From contig OX337228.1 in the NCBI GenBank assembly GCA_946965045.2, positions 2,170,001-2,234,000 of the forward strand: a stretch of 64,000 bases of DNA, given 5' to 3'. The first letter of the stretch is position 1. Every line of letters starts with the position of its first letter. The notes under the pieces were generated by a model that ran no database searches, was not told where the DNA came from, and was given only the letters and a program-made list of their open reading frames with translations. Positions 21,179 to 31,482 of the stretch are shown here, piece by piece. The stretch is from Epithemia pelagica. Lineage: Eukaryota; Protista; Bacillariophyta. Made by a program: the position numbers and the translations under genes.

Positions 21179-24157
21179 ATGACTCTTAACGAGAATCCTT
21201 TTGAGTTGCCCCCAAAGATTAGTCGTCGTTCTAACGATGCCGGTTTGGACCTTCTTGCTGATGTGGTAGAGAATTCTTCCATTCCCGCCGCCCCTATCCG
21301 TTCCTCCAAGTCCTCAACTTCGAAACCTGTCCCTCAGGTTAAGGATCCCCATGGACCGTTTGACGAATCTGACGATTCGAAACTTGCTGCTTCTTCTTCC
21401 CCGCCTAAGAAGAAACCCAAAAACAAGTCCCGTGCTCATCCTCCCAAGTCCCCCTCGACGATTCCCGCAATCAGTCAAGATGACCCTGTGGACTCCTATC
21501 CTTCTCCGAAGACCCCTTCATCGAAGAAATCCTCTTCGTTGACCAAGACCTCCAAGAAAACCCCTCTGACCAATCCCGATCTCATTGTGGACAAACCTGA
21601 CCGTACCTTTGAATCCCCCCAGCAGTTCTTCTCACGTATGAAGAAAGCCCTTCCCCCTAAGGAATGCCCCAAGATGGAGATTTACAAACTCCCTTTCCCG
21701 CTCGATTCGGAAATGCAATCCAAATTCGATGCGATTGACTGTGACGACTGGTCCGACTCCTTCACTCGTCCGTTTCATCTCTCGGTGGAGAATGACCTCG
21801 ATCTTTGGAACGCCCTTTCTTCCAAGTTTGATGATGTGACCTCGCTTTCCGAATTCCGAGAGTTCTTGGAAGTCCACTCGAATCGCCACCCCCTTGCGTT
21901 TTTGGGCTTTGACCGTCATAAGAATCCCGTGATCTTCCATAACGTTTTCGTCTCTCCAGACTCAGGTTCCATCCTAGCCCCAGATCCGGTTTTCTTATGT
22001 TTCTCCAAGGATTCCTTCGACGTTCCTCCAGGAACCTTCGACTCGGACGAATTAGCCTCGATCCTCAAGAGCTTAGACTATATGTATGTTCCTACGTTCG
22101 ATGAAATCATGTCCGCTTGCATTGTTGAAGATACGAATTCGCTGTCCGGACTTTCCGTGAGTCCCGCAAAGTTTGATGGATTTGCCCCATACCTCCAATA
22201 TCCCGACTTGAATTCAGACTCGCCGGAAGATGTGCAATTTCGGAAGGACCATCTCTTTGAATGCAAGAGCATCGTCCTACTCCCTCCGTCAATTTCTGGA
22301 GACTTGATACAGTTTCTCGATCCCTCAAGTTCAGCCAAGAACGACTTCGCCTCTGAAGGTGGGCCCAAGTCGTCTGTACCCAAGATCTCTTCGTTGATTG
22401 CGTTTATCTTTTCCAAGATCTTGACCCGTTGGCGTCGTTCTTTCGAGTTCCCGTCTTGTCGCCCTTCCTCGACCAAGTTTTCAGTCTCCGACCCTCATTG
22501 TATTCGATTCGGCGATTTGGTTCGATTCCTGTGGGGAATCAACCGAGGGAAGATTATTGTTGATGATATCTTTATCGACCATCCATCTGACTTTGGTTCT
22601 GCAATGAATGCGGTCGAATTCTACTTCAAGACAAGTCTCCCAGATCGTTCCCTCCCCATGTACTCCACCAAGCGAGGCCCCCGCCCTCCCCCTTCAGAGC
22701 GTTCCGGTTCCTTCTCCCCCTCCAAGTCACGATACCCTTCCCGTAATGAAACCCTAGACGTTCGATCGACACCGGATGATGCGAAACCGATCTCCAAGGA
22801 TGTCCTATACCTTACGACCCAGCTCTCCAAGTCCATGGCGGAACAACTTTCCCGCTCCATCTCCGACCAGCGAGACCAACTTTCACAAGCTATTGTCCAA
22901 CAGAGCTCAATCCTGAAGACTCAAGAAGAACGTCTTGACCACTTTAAATCGTTCACAGTCGATATGCGGAACGCCATCATATTCGGACAAGTCGGTCCCC
23001 ATAGTACTTCCCTCCCAATAGCCCCGACCGAGAAGGCCAAAGAGATTTTTAAACAAAAAAGTACACACAACTTGTACACGACGATTCACTCGCAAGTTTT
23101 CCGTCGTTCGGATAACACCTGTTTCCTGATTTTCGGACAAGTTGGCGTTATCCAAAAATTCGGGCTTCGATGGCGATCGGATGAACACCCTGGAGGCTTC
23201 TCTCCTTTTTCTTTCGATCCAAACAACCACTCGGGAGCCTCGAACCAGCAAGCTCTTGACCATGATATCCACCAGGATATCTTCGAATCGTCCCTTCGCC
23301 ACTCCAATGGCCTGTCTACGAAGGAAATGAAAGACATCTTCACGGATGACAAATTGTTCTTCCCGCTTTCATTGGATCATTACGGTACCCAGCTCCGTAG
23401 CTATTTATGCCTTGCCGAGGCCATTTGGGGCTCCGATTCCTTCATCGTCCTCAACATCCAAAAAATGTATGATCACTTATTGCGTCATCGCCGGATTTAT
23501 ATCGCGAACCAAGCCGATGATAGTTCCTTTCTCTCGCGACTTCTATTCTCTTTGGATAACAGTGTCCAAAACTTCATCGCGGACAACTTGGAGGATGCCA
23601 CCGATCTCGAAGATATATCAGGCGACGCTTTGGATTATCATACAAATAAACTCTGCAACAAAGTTGTTTCCAAGGAAGATATCTGCCGAATGCCTCGTTT
23701 CCTTAACGCTGCAGTCCAAGCTAAATACAGAAATCAGAATAACCCAAACCATGGAAAATCCAATTCTCAAGGAAACGGCAAACGAAATGGTGACTCCAAA
23801 CTACCAGGTCCACCTCCTGGTCCTCTTCGGGCGAAGAGAGGCCGAGATCATGATACCCCTAGAGATACCTCTGCTCCAGATCCAGTTCGCCCGACGTTCG
23901 ACTACCCATCATCTTGGAAGCTTCCCAGCGATGTCAAATATGGCAAAGCCTTCCCACGATCAGTACTTGGCGACGTCCCCTCCATCACTGTTGATGGTTC
24001 TTCCCGACAGTTCTGCGTCAAATTCTTCAGCCTCCAGATCTGTCGAGGAGGAAACAGTTGCTATTTCAGCCACGCTGACCCCTCACAGCATGGTAAGAGA
24101 GACGAACTTGACAAATTCTTCGAAGATGCCTATGCGAGAGCTAAAAGGAACTCGTGA
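21179..24157 (+). CDS. Gag-like ORF1 of the YR retrotransposon, with a C-terminal CCCH zinc finger
   Basis: 992 aa; C-VKFFSLQI-C-RGGNS-C-YFS-H = C-x8-C-x5-C-x3-H near the C-terminus. Confidence 0.85.
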   Translation: MTLNENPFELPPKISRRSNDAGLDLLADVVENSSIPAAPIRSSKSSTSKPVPQVKDPHGPFDESDDSKLAASSSPPKKKPKNKSRAHPPKSPSTIPAISQDDPVDSYPSPKTPSSKKSSSLTKTSKKTPLTNPDLIVDKPDRTFESPQQFFSRMKKALPPKECPKMEIYKLPFPLDSEMQSKFDAIDCDDWSDSFTRPFHLSVENDLDLWNALSSKFDDVTSLSEFREFLEVHSNRHPLAFLGFDRHKNPVIFHNVFVSPDSGSILAPDPVFLCFSKDSFDVPPGTFDSDELASILKSLDYMYVPTFDEIMSACIVEDTNSLSGLSVSPAKFDGFAPYLQYPDLNSDSPEDVQFRKDHLFECKSIVLLPPSISGDLIQFLDPSSSAKNDFASEGGPKSSVPKISSLIAFIFSKILTRWRRSFEFPSCRPSSTKFSVSDPHCIRFGDLVRFLWGINRGKIIVDDIFIDHPSDFGSAMNAVEFYFKTSLPDRSLPMYSTKRGPRPPPSERSGSFSPSKSRYPSRNETLDVRSTPDDAKPISKDVLYLTTQLSKSMAEQLSRSISDQRDQLSQAIVQQSSILKTQEERLDHFKSFTVDMRNAIIFGQVGPHSTSLPIAPTEKAKEIFKQKSTHNLYTTIHSQVFRRSDNTCFLIFGQVGVIQKFGLRWRSDEHPGGFSPFSFDPNNHSGASNQQALDHDIHQDIFESSLRHSNGLSTKEMKDIFTDDKLFFPLSLDHYGTQLRSYLCLAEAIWGSDSFIVLNIQKMYDHLLRHRRIYIANQADDSSFLSRLLFSLDNSVQNFIADNLEDATDLEDISGDALDYHTNKLCNKVVSKEDICRMPRFLNAAVQAKYRNQNNPNHGKSNSQGNGKRNGDSKLPGPPPGPLRAKRGRDHDTPRDTSAPDPVRPTFDYPSSWKLPSDVKYGKAFPRSVLGDVPSITVDGSSRQFCVKFFSLQICRGGNSCYFSHADPSQHGKRDELDKFFEDAYARAKRNS

Positions 24158-24247
24158 CAATTTGTTGAGTCGTCTCGCCGGACCCACGACACTCCGATCC
24201 CACCAACCACCCGTCTACACATCCCTTCTAGGCCCACTTCCCCGAAG

Positions 24248-27200
24248 ATGCCACCGCGAGAAGACTCTACTCCTGACCCATCCCTCATCTTTCTCAAGTC
24301 AATACCTAAACTTCCCCTCCCCCGAACCTTCAACTTATCCACACCTTCAGTACTCCCTCCCACAGACACAGACTTCCACCTCCCACCCATCGCGAGTGAC
24401 ACTCCAAGTGCACCTCCACCTTCCTCCAATCCCTTCATTCCTAAACCCATTTTGAACGCTGCCATGCCTTCATCCCCAAGATCGACAATTACCTTCGCCC
24501 CAGAGTTCGAGATCGTCCCCTTCGATAAAACACTCCCACCGGGGAGTCGTTTACCAGAAGCTATCGACACGAACGTTCCCAACCCTTCCCCTGATCTCGC
24601 CCCTCAGAACCATCTCTTACTCCAATCCGTCCGCCGAGCTGCCGACGCGTCCAACCTCCCACCTACGATCCTTCGAAACAGCAAACTTCCTCCCAAACCA
24701 GACCCAGTTAGTACCCCTCTACCAGGACACGCCAATCCCATCATTTCCTCCAACACGGCCGGCAAACCCCTTGACCGTAACATGCGCCGCCTCCATTCCT
24801 CCCTGGTAGAGAATCAAAACCTAATTGGTAAGTCTAACGTCCTCAGCGACACCCATTACCTTCCAAACGACATCAGCGAGCTCTTTCCATCAACGATCAC
24901 CATCCCAGAACTTCCTCCACCGTCACATCCCCTGTCCATCGATACCATCCTTTCCGTGTTTCACTCCAAGACCCCAACCCCAAGTGCTTCTCCTTTCATA
25001 CATTGTCGGACTCTCCAAGCTGCCAAGACGAATGCCGAGTTGATTGCTACTTTCGATTACGACCTTCAGAAGACCTTCAATGCTTTCCCAGGATCTACCA
25101 TTAGCCCTGGATCAGAATTCCGACCAATCCATATACTCAGACCCCTTCTACAAGGTCACCCCTACTGGCCCAAAATAGAACATGACCTCCGATTCGGCGC
25201 CTCATACAAGTTTAAGGCGGCAGCGACGGACGACTCTGCGAGACAAGCCGAAAACGAAGCACTCATCCAATATGGCAACCATAGCTCGGCAAAGAAGAGA
25301 CCGAAGGCTCTGATTAAAGTCTCGCAGAAGGACTCAGAACACGGATGGGCCTTCCCCATAACATTTGAGGGCGCCCGCAAGATCAAGAATGGTCGATTTG
25401 GGCCACTTGGAGTAGCACAACACGCCGGAATCACCGAGACGGGAGATATAGTCTTGAAGGACCGATTAGCCCACGACCAAACGTTTTCCACGGGCAAGGC
25501 ACCATCGCTCAACCAGTCCGTAGACACGTCCGACGACATCGACTTGGTCTATGGATGGTGCATGGAAAGAATCATCCACCAAATAGTCGCACTCAGGATA
25601 GCATACCCAACGATGAAGATCTTTGTATGCAAATTCGACTGGGGATCGGCGTACCGCCGCATCAACGGCGACGGTACGCTTGCAGCCAACGCCCTCACTA
25701 CCGATGCCACAGGTGAATTTGCGAACATTCTGAGTAGATTGTCCTTCGGCGGCCGCACACATCCAGCAATGTTCAGCCTGTTTTCAGAAACAGCATGCGA
25801 CTTGTGCAATGACCTTATCGAGTTCAAGGATTGGGATCACACGATCTGCTTCTCCCCCCTCCAAAAACTCATGGGCCCTCCCAAGCGAGAACCCGAAGAC
25901 ATCCCCTTCGAGCCAGGGCTACCCATCATCGTAGACGTGCCACCCAAACCAGACGGGTCCGTTGATGTGTACCTCGACGACATGGTACAATTATTTGCGG
26001 ACGACAACGATATCATCCCTCGAGCATCAGCAGTAGTGCCCCTGATACTCCATCTACTCGTCAGACCGAACTAACCAGACGAGGAGCCAATTAAACGGAC
26101 GGACATCCTCGCAGAGGATAAAATGAAAGCAGAGGGCTGCCCGAGCGAGGTGATGCGAGTATTGGGATGGGACTTAGACACTAGGAGATTGTTGCTTATC
26201 CTCCCACACGAAAAATTCCTTAACTGGTCGAAGACAGTCAAACACCTCGCGGACCCACGATCCAAACGCTGCCAATTCAAGCAGTTAGAATCCACCGTGG
26301 GGAAACTTATACACGCGAGCAAAGGGATCCCAACGTCGAGATTCTTCCTCCAGAGAACTCGAACCTACCTCAATAACATCATCACCAACTTCGGAACGGA
26401 AAATCAAGTCGACACAGCAGCATCCGACGACGACTCCTCCACGACAAGCCTGGACTCGGTGAGCACCTGTTCTTCCACAGGGTCCAACACCTCCGAAAGC
26501 TCCCGGCCACGCCCTAAACCATGGTACCGTTACCCTATACCTCCATACATGAAAGAAGACATGAGTGTGTGGATCGAGCTGCTGGAACGAGCGCGACGAG
26601 GCGTAAACTTCAACTTACTCACCTGTCGAGTGCCAACAAACGTACTGTTAGCGGATGCCTGCCCCTTCGGAATGGGAGGCTACTCAATAAAGTCAGGACT
26701 TGCTTGGCAAATACAACTGAACCCCGAGGTGTATGAGATGGCAGGGATTCGAGAAGATACGAACATCGACGCAACACTGGCGGAAAACCCCAACCTCAAA
26801 CTCTCCAACAACCTCTTCGAGTTTATAGCACAAGTCATCACGATATGGTTCGAATTCCACAACGGTGACATCGGACCCCTCAACTCGGTCCTGTGCATGT
26901 CCGACAACAGCTCCGCGATCGGGTGGATGCACAAGGCATCCTTTGCGGTAAACCAACCACTACACCGCCGAGTCGCAGCGAAACTTGTGCGACTAACACT
27001 GGAAGGAAACTTCGTCATCCATGCGGAGCATGTACCTGGAAAGAAAAACTTAGTGGCAGATTACCTCTCACGCACCTTTGAACTTTCCCCCACCGAACTT
27101 ACTCACCGCGTGCACCGTCTCTTCCCATCACAGATTCCGGAAAATTTTCGCGTTTGCCAACTGCCACACGAAATCGTTTGTTGGATCTCCTCGGTCGTTC

Positions 27201-27544
27201 CTCAGCAACAAGAATCTTCTTCGGCAAAGTGGAGTCCAGTCATGAATCCGGAGACAGGACATGGCGGAGATGGAACGAACATCTCAGCATGTTACAACTT
27301 GGCACCGACCCCTTTCTGGACACGATCGAAACCGTTCAAGAGCGAACGACCATCGTCGCCACCTTCCTCCAGCGCCTCAGAGACGGCGATTGGAACCGAC
27401 GAGCAAGTGACGGACTGCTTCGTGCGTCAACTATTGAAAAAGCCGTTGGCGAGTTGGCGGCGACTTTCCGGCGTCACAACCGGCAGAGCCCCGCCCACCT
27501 CCAGGGATGCAACACCTTCCAACCTGCTCTCGCCTCGCTTATAA
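24248..27544 (+). pseudogene. RT-RNase H ORF2 of the YR retrotransposon with one premature TAA (26072-74)
   Basis: KFDWGSAYRRI, RLSFGG, YLDDM, VLGWDLDTR; RNase H ADACPFGMGG, NLFEF, SDNSSAIGW, HVPGKKNLVADYLSR. The 608-aa and 473-aa track ORFs share a frame across RPN*PDEEPI. Confidence 0.9.
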
Positions 27545-28575
27545 AAGCATGGAAGAACCTGGACCCTCCCGAACACAGAGAGAAAGCCGCCACGCCCAAC
27601 CACCTCCGATACCTCTGGCGACGAGCCTGTTCTCCGCGCAACACCACCGACCCCACCTCGGAAGAAATCAACAAGATCATCGCGACAAGCACCAACGAGC
27701 CACACACACGATATGATCTAACTTCCTTTCGGGCTTGCAACGCCGAACTCCTCTGCGGTGGCTACTTTTTCGGAATGCGCAGCTGTGAGAACTCAACCGT
27801 AAAACAAAGAGGGAAAACAAAACTTCTTACCATCGCAAACATCAAGTTCGGCCGTCGCGACAGAAGCCGCTCCACAATCGATGCCCGAGACGATGCCTTC
27901 TACGACGAGGCCTGGTACGTCTCGATAACTTTCATCGCTCAAAAACACGACATCCCGGACGAGACCCGAACCCAATCAAGAACCGACGACCCCATTCTCT
28001 GCCCAGTCAAAATCTGGGGGAGAATAGTGAGACGGATATTCCAAAACCGACCAGACGCCCAACCCGACACACCGGTGAATTGCTGGTTCCCATCACCATC
28101 GACCACCAACCCCCAACCCAAACCAAGGTTCATCCGCGCAGAGGATAGCATCCAACTTCTCCGATCCACATGCGTCGACCCCAACTCGGGCAGACTTCTA
28201 TTCGGTTACCACCCAAAAGATATCGGAACCCACTCGATCCGATCGGGCGCGGCGATGGCTCTATTCCTTTCGCCTGGAATATCAGTCCTTCGGATCATGA
28301 TATTGGGTAGATGGCAGTCGGCCGCTTTCATGAACTACATCCGTCCACAAGTCATGGAGTGGACAGCAGGGATGTCAATCGCCATGCTGAACACACCCGA
28401 CTTTACACACGCCGACCCGACAGGAACGCCCGGTTCCAACAACTCCCTCCAACTCTCCGATCTCGAGACAATCCAGAACAACCTCGACCACGCAGTGGAG
28501 TCACCAGAGGAAATCAAATTCAATGGCTCTGTGGCGACAGCCTCGTTCGACCGACAACTGAATCTCGAATTTTGA
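27154..28575 (+). CDS. Tyrosine recombinase ORF3, overlapping the 3' end of ORF2
   Basis: FGMRSCE (R), HSIRSGAA (HxxR), IMILGRWQSAAFMNYIR (W...Y): catalytic set intact. Start codon uncertain (first ATG near 27289). Confidence 0.92.
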   Translation: MPTATRNRLLDLLGRSSATRIFFGKVESSHESGDRTWRRWNEHLSMLQLGTDPFLDTIETVQERTTIVATFLQRLRDGDWNRRASDGLLRASTIEKAVGELAATFRRHNRQSPAHLQGCNTFQPALASLIKAWKNLDPPEHREKAATPNHLRYLWRRACSPRNTTDPTSEEINKIIATSTNEPHTRYDLTSFRACNAELLCGGYFFGMRSCENSTVKQRGKTKLLTIANIKFGRRDRSRSTIDARDDAFYDEAWYVSITFIAQKHDIPDETRTQSRTDDPILCPVKIWGRIVRRIFQNRPDAQPDTPVNCWFPSPSTTNPQPKPRFIRAEDSIQLLRSTCVDPNSGRLLFGYHPKDIGTHSIRSGAAMALFLSPGISVLRIMILGRWQSAAFMNYIRPQVMEWTAGMSIAMLNTPDFTHADPTGTPGSNNSLQLSDLETIQNNLDHAVESPEEIKFNGSVATASFDRQLNLEF

Positions 28576-29717
28576 AATCCGAAAGATACAGCAAGTCCAG
28601 CACTTCCGAACCGTGTCACCATTCTGCGAAGACGTTCATTGGTGTTGGGAGCCATCTCGGTTCCCTCTGGGCCTTTACGGCAACTTGCACTACTCCCCCT
28701 AGCTCCCTTGCAAGTTCCGCTCTGGCTAGACTCTAAGCTTAAGGCCGCACTACAGAACAAAGCGTCGCCAGGATGGGTTCGTTGGGTAGCACCCATCGTT
28801 ACCAGTCCTGTACGAGCGCGGCGTGTCGATGGCGCCGGAACGGCACAAGGCTGACGCGACGATCCCCAATGCCAAGCAGCGCGCGTCAGACACCACTTCC
28901 CCCAAGACGTGAGGAAAGGAAGAGAGCTCACAATCTTTGGTTTGTGCCAAGTCTCAAGCCATCACACGTTGTGACCGAAGTGAAGGTCTCTAGCGTAGTC
29001 GTCTAACAAAAATAACCCCATACCCGCCCTTGGGAGCCATCTCGGTTCCCTCTGGGCCTTTACGGCAACTTGCACTACTCCCCCTAGCTCCCTTGCAAGT
29101 TCCGCTCTGGCTAGACTCTAAGCTAAAGGCCGCACTACAGAACAAAGCGTCGCCAGGATGGGTTCGTTGGGTAGCACCCATCGTGGACATTCTGGATTTT
29201 TGTTGTTCTCCACAATTTTCCTGGGTGTCCCTGTCGATTCCGCATTCCGCTGCTTAAAATTGAAAAAAGTCAACATGGTCGTGACTCAGAATTTCTGGCG
29301 TGACTCGTGCGCCAAACCGTCAGGTTGCTTCTATTAGAACCAATGAGCTTCTTCCCCCACACTGTAACATCCAAGACACCAGGCCACGTCAACTTTAGCA
29401 TCTGGTCAACAATGCATTTCCATGGTGCGAACACGTCTTCGTGCTTCCGGACTCCCCACCGAAAGACATCTCGAGAGAGTTGAAGGGGAGAATGCTTGAG
29501 GCTTGCTCCATCCTATCGTCTTGTCCTCAGGTGACCATGGGAAGATCTTGACTCTTAACATGATTATGTCTGGCAGTTCGCAGTCTGTTTTCCCCTTTGT
29601 TGCTTTCACTGCCTGGTGAGGCGAAGAGAATTATCACACTCCACTTTCTTTCAAATATATGCATAGTCGGTTATAAATAGTAGCTTACAGGTTACAAGGT
29701 TATCCCAAATGATCCCC

Positions 29718-30686
29718 TCACTTCGTTTGTTCTTGAAGGGCGCTGGTAAACGCCTTGTAGAGAAGTGCGTGAGCTATGCGCATCCGTTCCATTTCATCTC
29801 GTTGACGGATTGTCAGATCAACAAATTCTTTATCGGACGAGATACCTCGTTTGATAACATTCGGCACAGTATTTACAACAGGTTGTGCCATTGCCTGCGA
29901 TGACGAGGAGTTGTTGGACGTCACAGAGCGTGTCTCGTCTACAGAGACGGTAGCAACAGTTTGCACAAAACCAGTGCGAGGTGATGGAAGGATCTTGTCG
30001 ATAGACTCTTTGGTGAGAGGCGCAACCTTCACGGGGGAGTCGGAGCGTACCGGCTTTCTCGATGTTGACAGACTGCTCTGAGACTGATTCTTCGCCACTG
30101 AAGTATTGGAAGATCCTCGTGATCTTTGACAAACCATATCGACACATAGCTCAGGTTGGTCGCGACGGAAAAGAGGGTGGTGGAAAGCACCAGTATCTGG
30201 TCCTCGCGTTGCTTGACGAAATCCCCTGAAGTTGAACACATTAAAGTGAGATAAACTGAGAGCGCAGTTACCATAAGTATATTTGAAGGAACGATCGACG
30301 TACCATCTATTTAGTTTCCGTGTGAAAGATGGATATTTGGTAGAGCCCCTTGCATCGACTGGAGGAAAGTAGGTTGGCATTACTTTCTCGGTGAACACAT
30401 CGGGCCGTATAATCACAAACGATTTTCCATGCGGAAGCCACGAAATAATATCAGACAAAGACTCGTCATTCAAGACAGCTAGCAATCTTTGCGGAAAAAT
30501 CTCGCGCTTCCCTCTGGGGGCAGTTTCCAATGTATTGTTGATTGAAGGCTTTGCATCCAATGGGATGCTTTCGGCGACAGGGGCATCTACAGCTTTCTTC
30601 GTTGGTTTCGCTGATCTGCAATCGAGGTTAGCAAGTGCCGTTGCAGCTTCGACAAGATGCGATAGCGCTCCAATTTCCGTGGCCAT
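29718..30686 (-). CDS. Heat-shock-factor (HSF) type DNA-binding transcription factor
   Basis: FPQRLLAVL...IISWLPHGKSFVI...YPSFTRKLNRW|GFRQ...FHHPLFRRDQPELC; 78-nt in-frame intron 30226-30303. Confidence 0.92.
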   Translation of the reverse strand: MATEIGALSHLVEAATALANLDCRSAKPTKKAVDAPVAESIPLDAKPSINNTLETAPRGKREIFPQRLLAVLNDESLSDIISWLPHGKSFVIIRPDVFTEKVMPTYFPPVDARGSTKYPSFTRKLNRWYVDRSFKYTYGNCALSLSHFNVFNFRGFRQATRGPDTGAFHHPLFRRDQPELCVDMVCQRSRGSSNTSVAKNQSQSSLSTSRKPVRSDSPVKVAPLTKESIDKILPSPRTGFVQTVATVSVDETRSVTSNNSSSSQAMAQPVVNTVPNVIKRGISSDKEFVDLTIRQRDEMERMRIAHALLYKAFTSALQEQTK

Positions 30687-31482
30687 TTTCACGTTCTAAA
30701 CGGGCAAGAGGGTCTTCGTAGACGGTTTTGTGGTGCCGAAGGTGGAACGATGATAATGGGAAAGGGGATGCGTCTTCGTCGGATGAAAAGTGGAAGACAT
30801 GGGATAAAGACAGGGTGAATGGCACGGTGTCTACGCTGGCAAGAGAGACACGAGACATCGAACAGCTTGTTTCCTTCCCCACAAATAATAGGATGACAGA
30901 TGAGATGAGGTGTCTTCTGTGTGCGTGGCCAATTCTCTCCTAAATCGGTTGTGTACCTTGTACATTCAAAGTCTATACTGCACGTCATCTCTGAAGTGTC
31001 TCTTAATAGTCCTTTGCAGAATGCTCTTGCATCATTCTTTCTCGACCAATGAAAATCAAGAAGACGTCCGAGCCGAATGCTGACGTGTCCCGGGTTCCTG
31101 CATCACTGTCGTGCGCCACGTCGAGTCGCAGCAAAGCCTTTAGTCATATTGGGTCGCATTAAATAAAATGCGACACAGAGACAGACCCCAAGTCCCGCAA
31201 CAAATTCTCAAACGACGTGATCCAACCAGACCCAAAGACGAAGCCAATGGTGACGATGACACCCAAGTCCAACCTCAGACAACAAATCAAGCGATCGACA
31301 TCGGCAGAAATATTTCCATTCAATCTTTCACCAATGTGGACACAAACGCGGCAGCTGAAATGGCCAAAAGAGTTTGCTGTTACTAGAATGAAATCGGCAA
31401 CTTGGGAGTAAAGTATTTAGCTTACTGTACATGTTCTATTGGCAAATCAGTCATTTTCTATCGGAAGTCACAAGAGTGCTGA

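Larger units (their letters stand above)
20927..29184 (+). mobile_element. Ngaro-type tyrosine-recombinase retrotransposon with split direct repeats A1-ORFs-B1-A2-B2
   Basis: A1 20927-21137 matches A2 28799-29012 (one 3-bp indel, 1 substitution seen). B1 28645-28799 matches B2 29030-29184 (1 substitution seen). 17-bp spacer 29013-29029. Gag, RT/RNase H and YR ORFs; no TSD. Confidence 0.93.
14675..29333. mobile_element. Compound TA-flanked DNA transposon (IS5/PHIS-type transposase plus three accessory ORFs), interrupted by a Ngaro-type element
   Basis: Perfect 15-bp inverted repeat TAGAAGCAACCTGAC (14675-89) / GTCAGGTTGCTTCTA (29319-33), read as TA TSD plus TIR. Extended imperfect arm similarity between 15357-15505 and the reverse complement of 29185-29333 (CCAGAAA.T.CTGA, CGACC, TGTTGA..TTTTTCAA, GGGACACCCAGG). 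Confidence 0.7.

Noticed and set aside
13182-26074. Several in-frame TAG/TAA stops (13182, 18793, 19153, 19564, 26072) as evidence of stop-codon reassignment
   Set aside because: Host genes terminate normally at TAG/TAA (e.g. 870, 9057, 45363), the interruptions are confined to transposon ORFs, and frameshifts co-occur, so decay is the simpler explanation. Only the gag/pol TGA has a readthrough-like position and context.
31168-31411. Short plus-strand ORFs between HSF and the 31483 gene
   Set aside because: Under 75 aa, with no motif or clear splice support.
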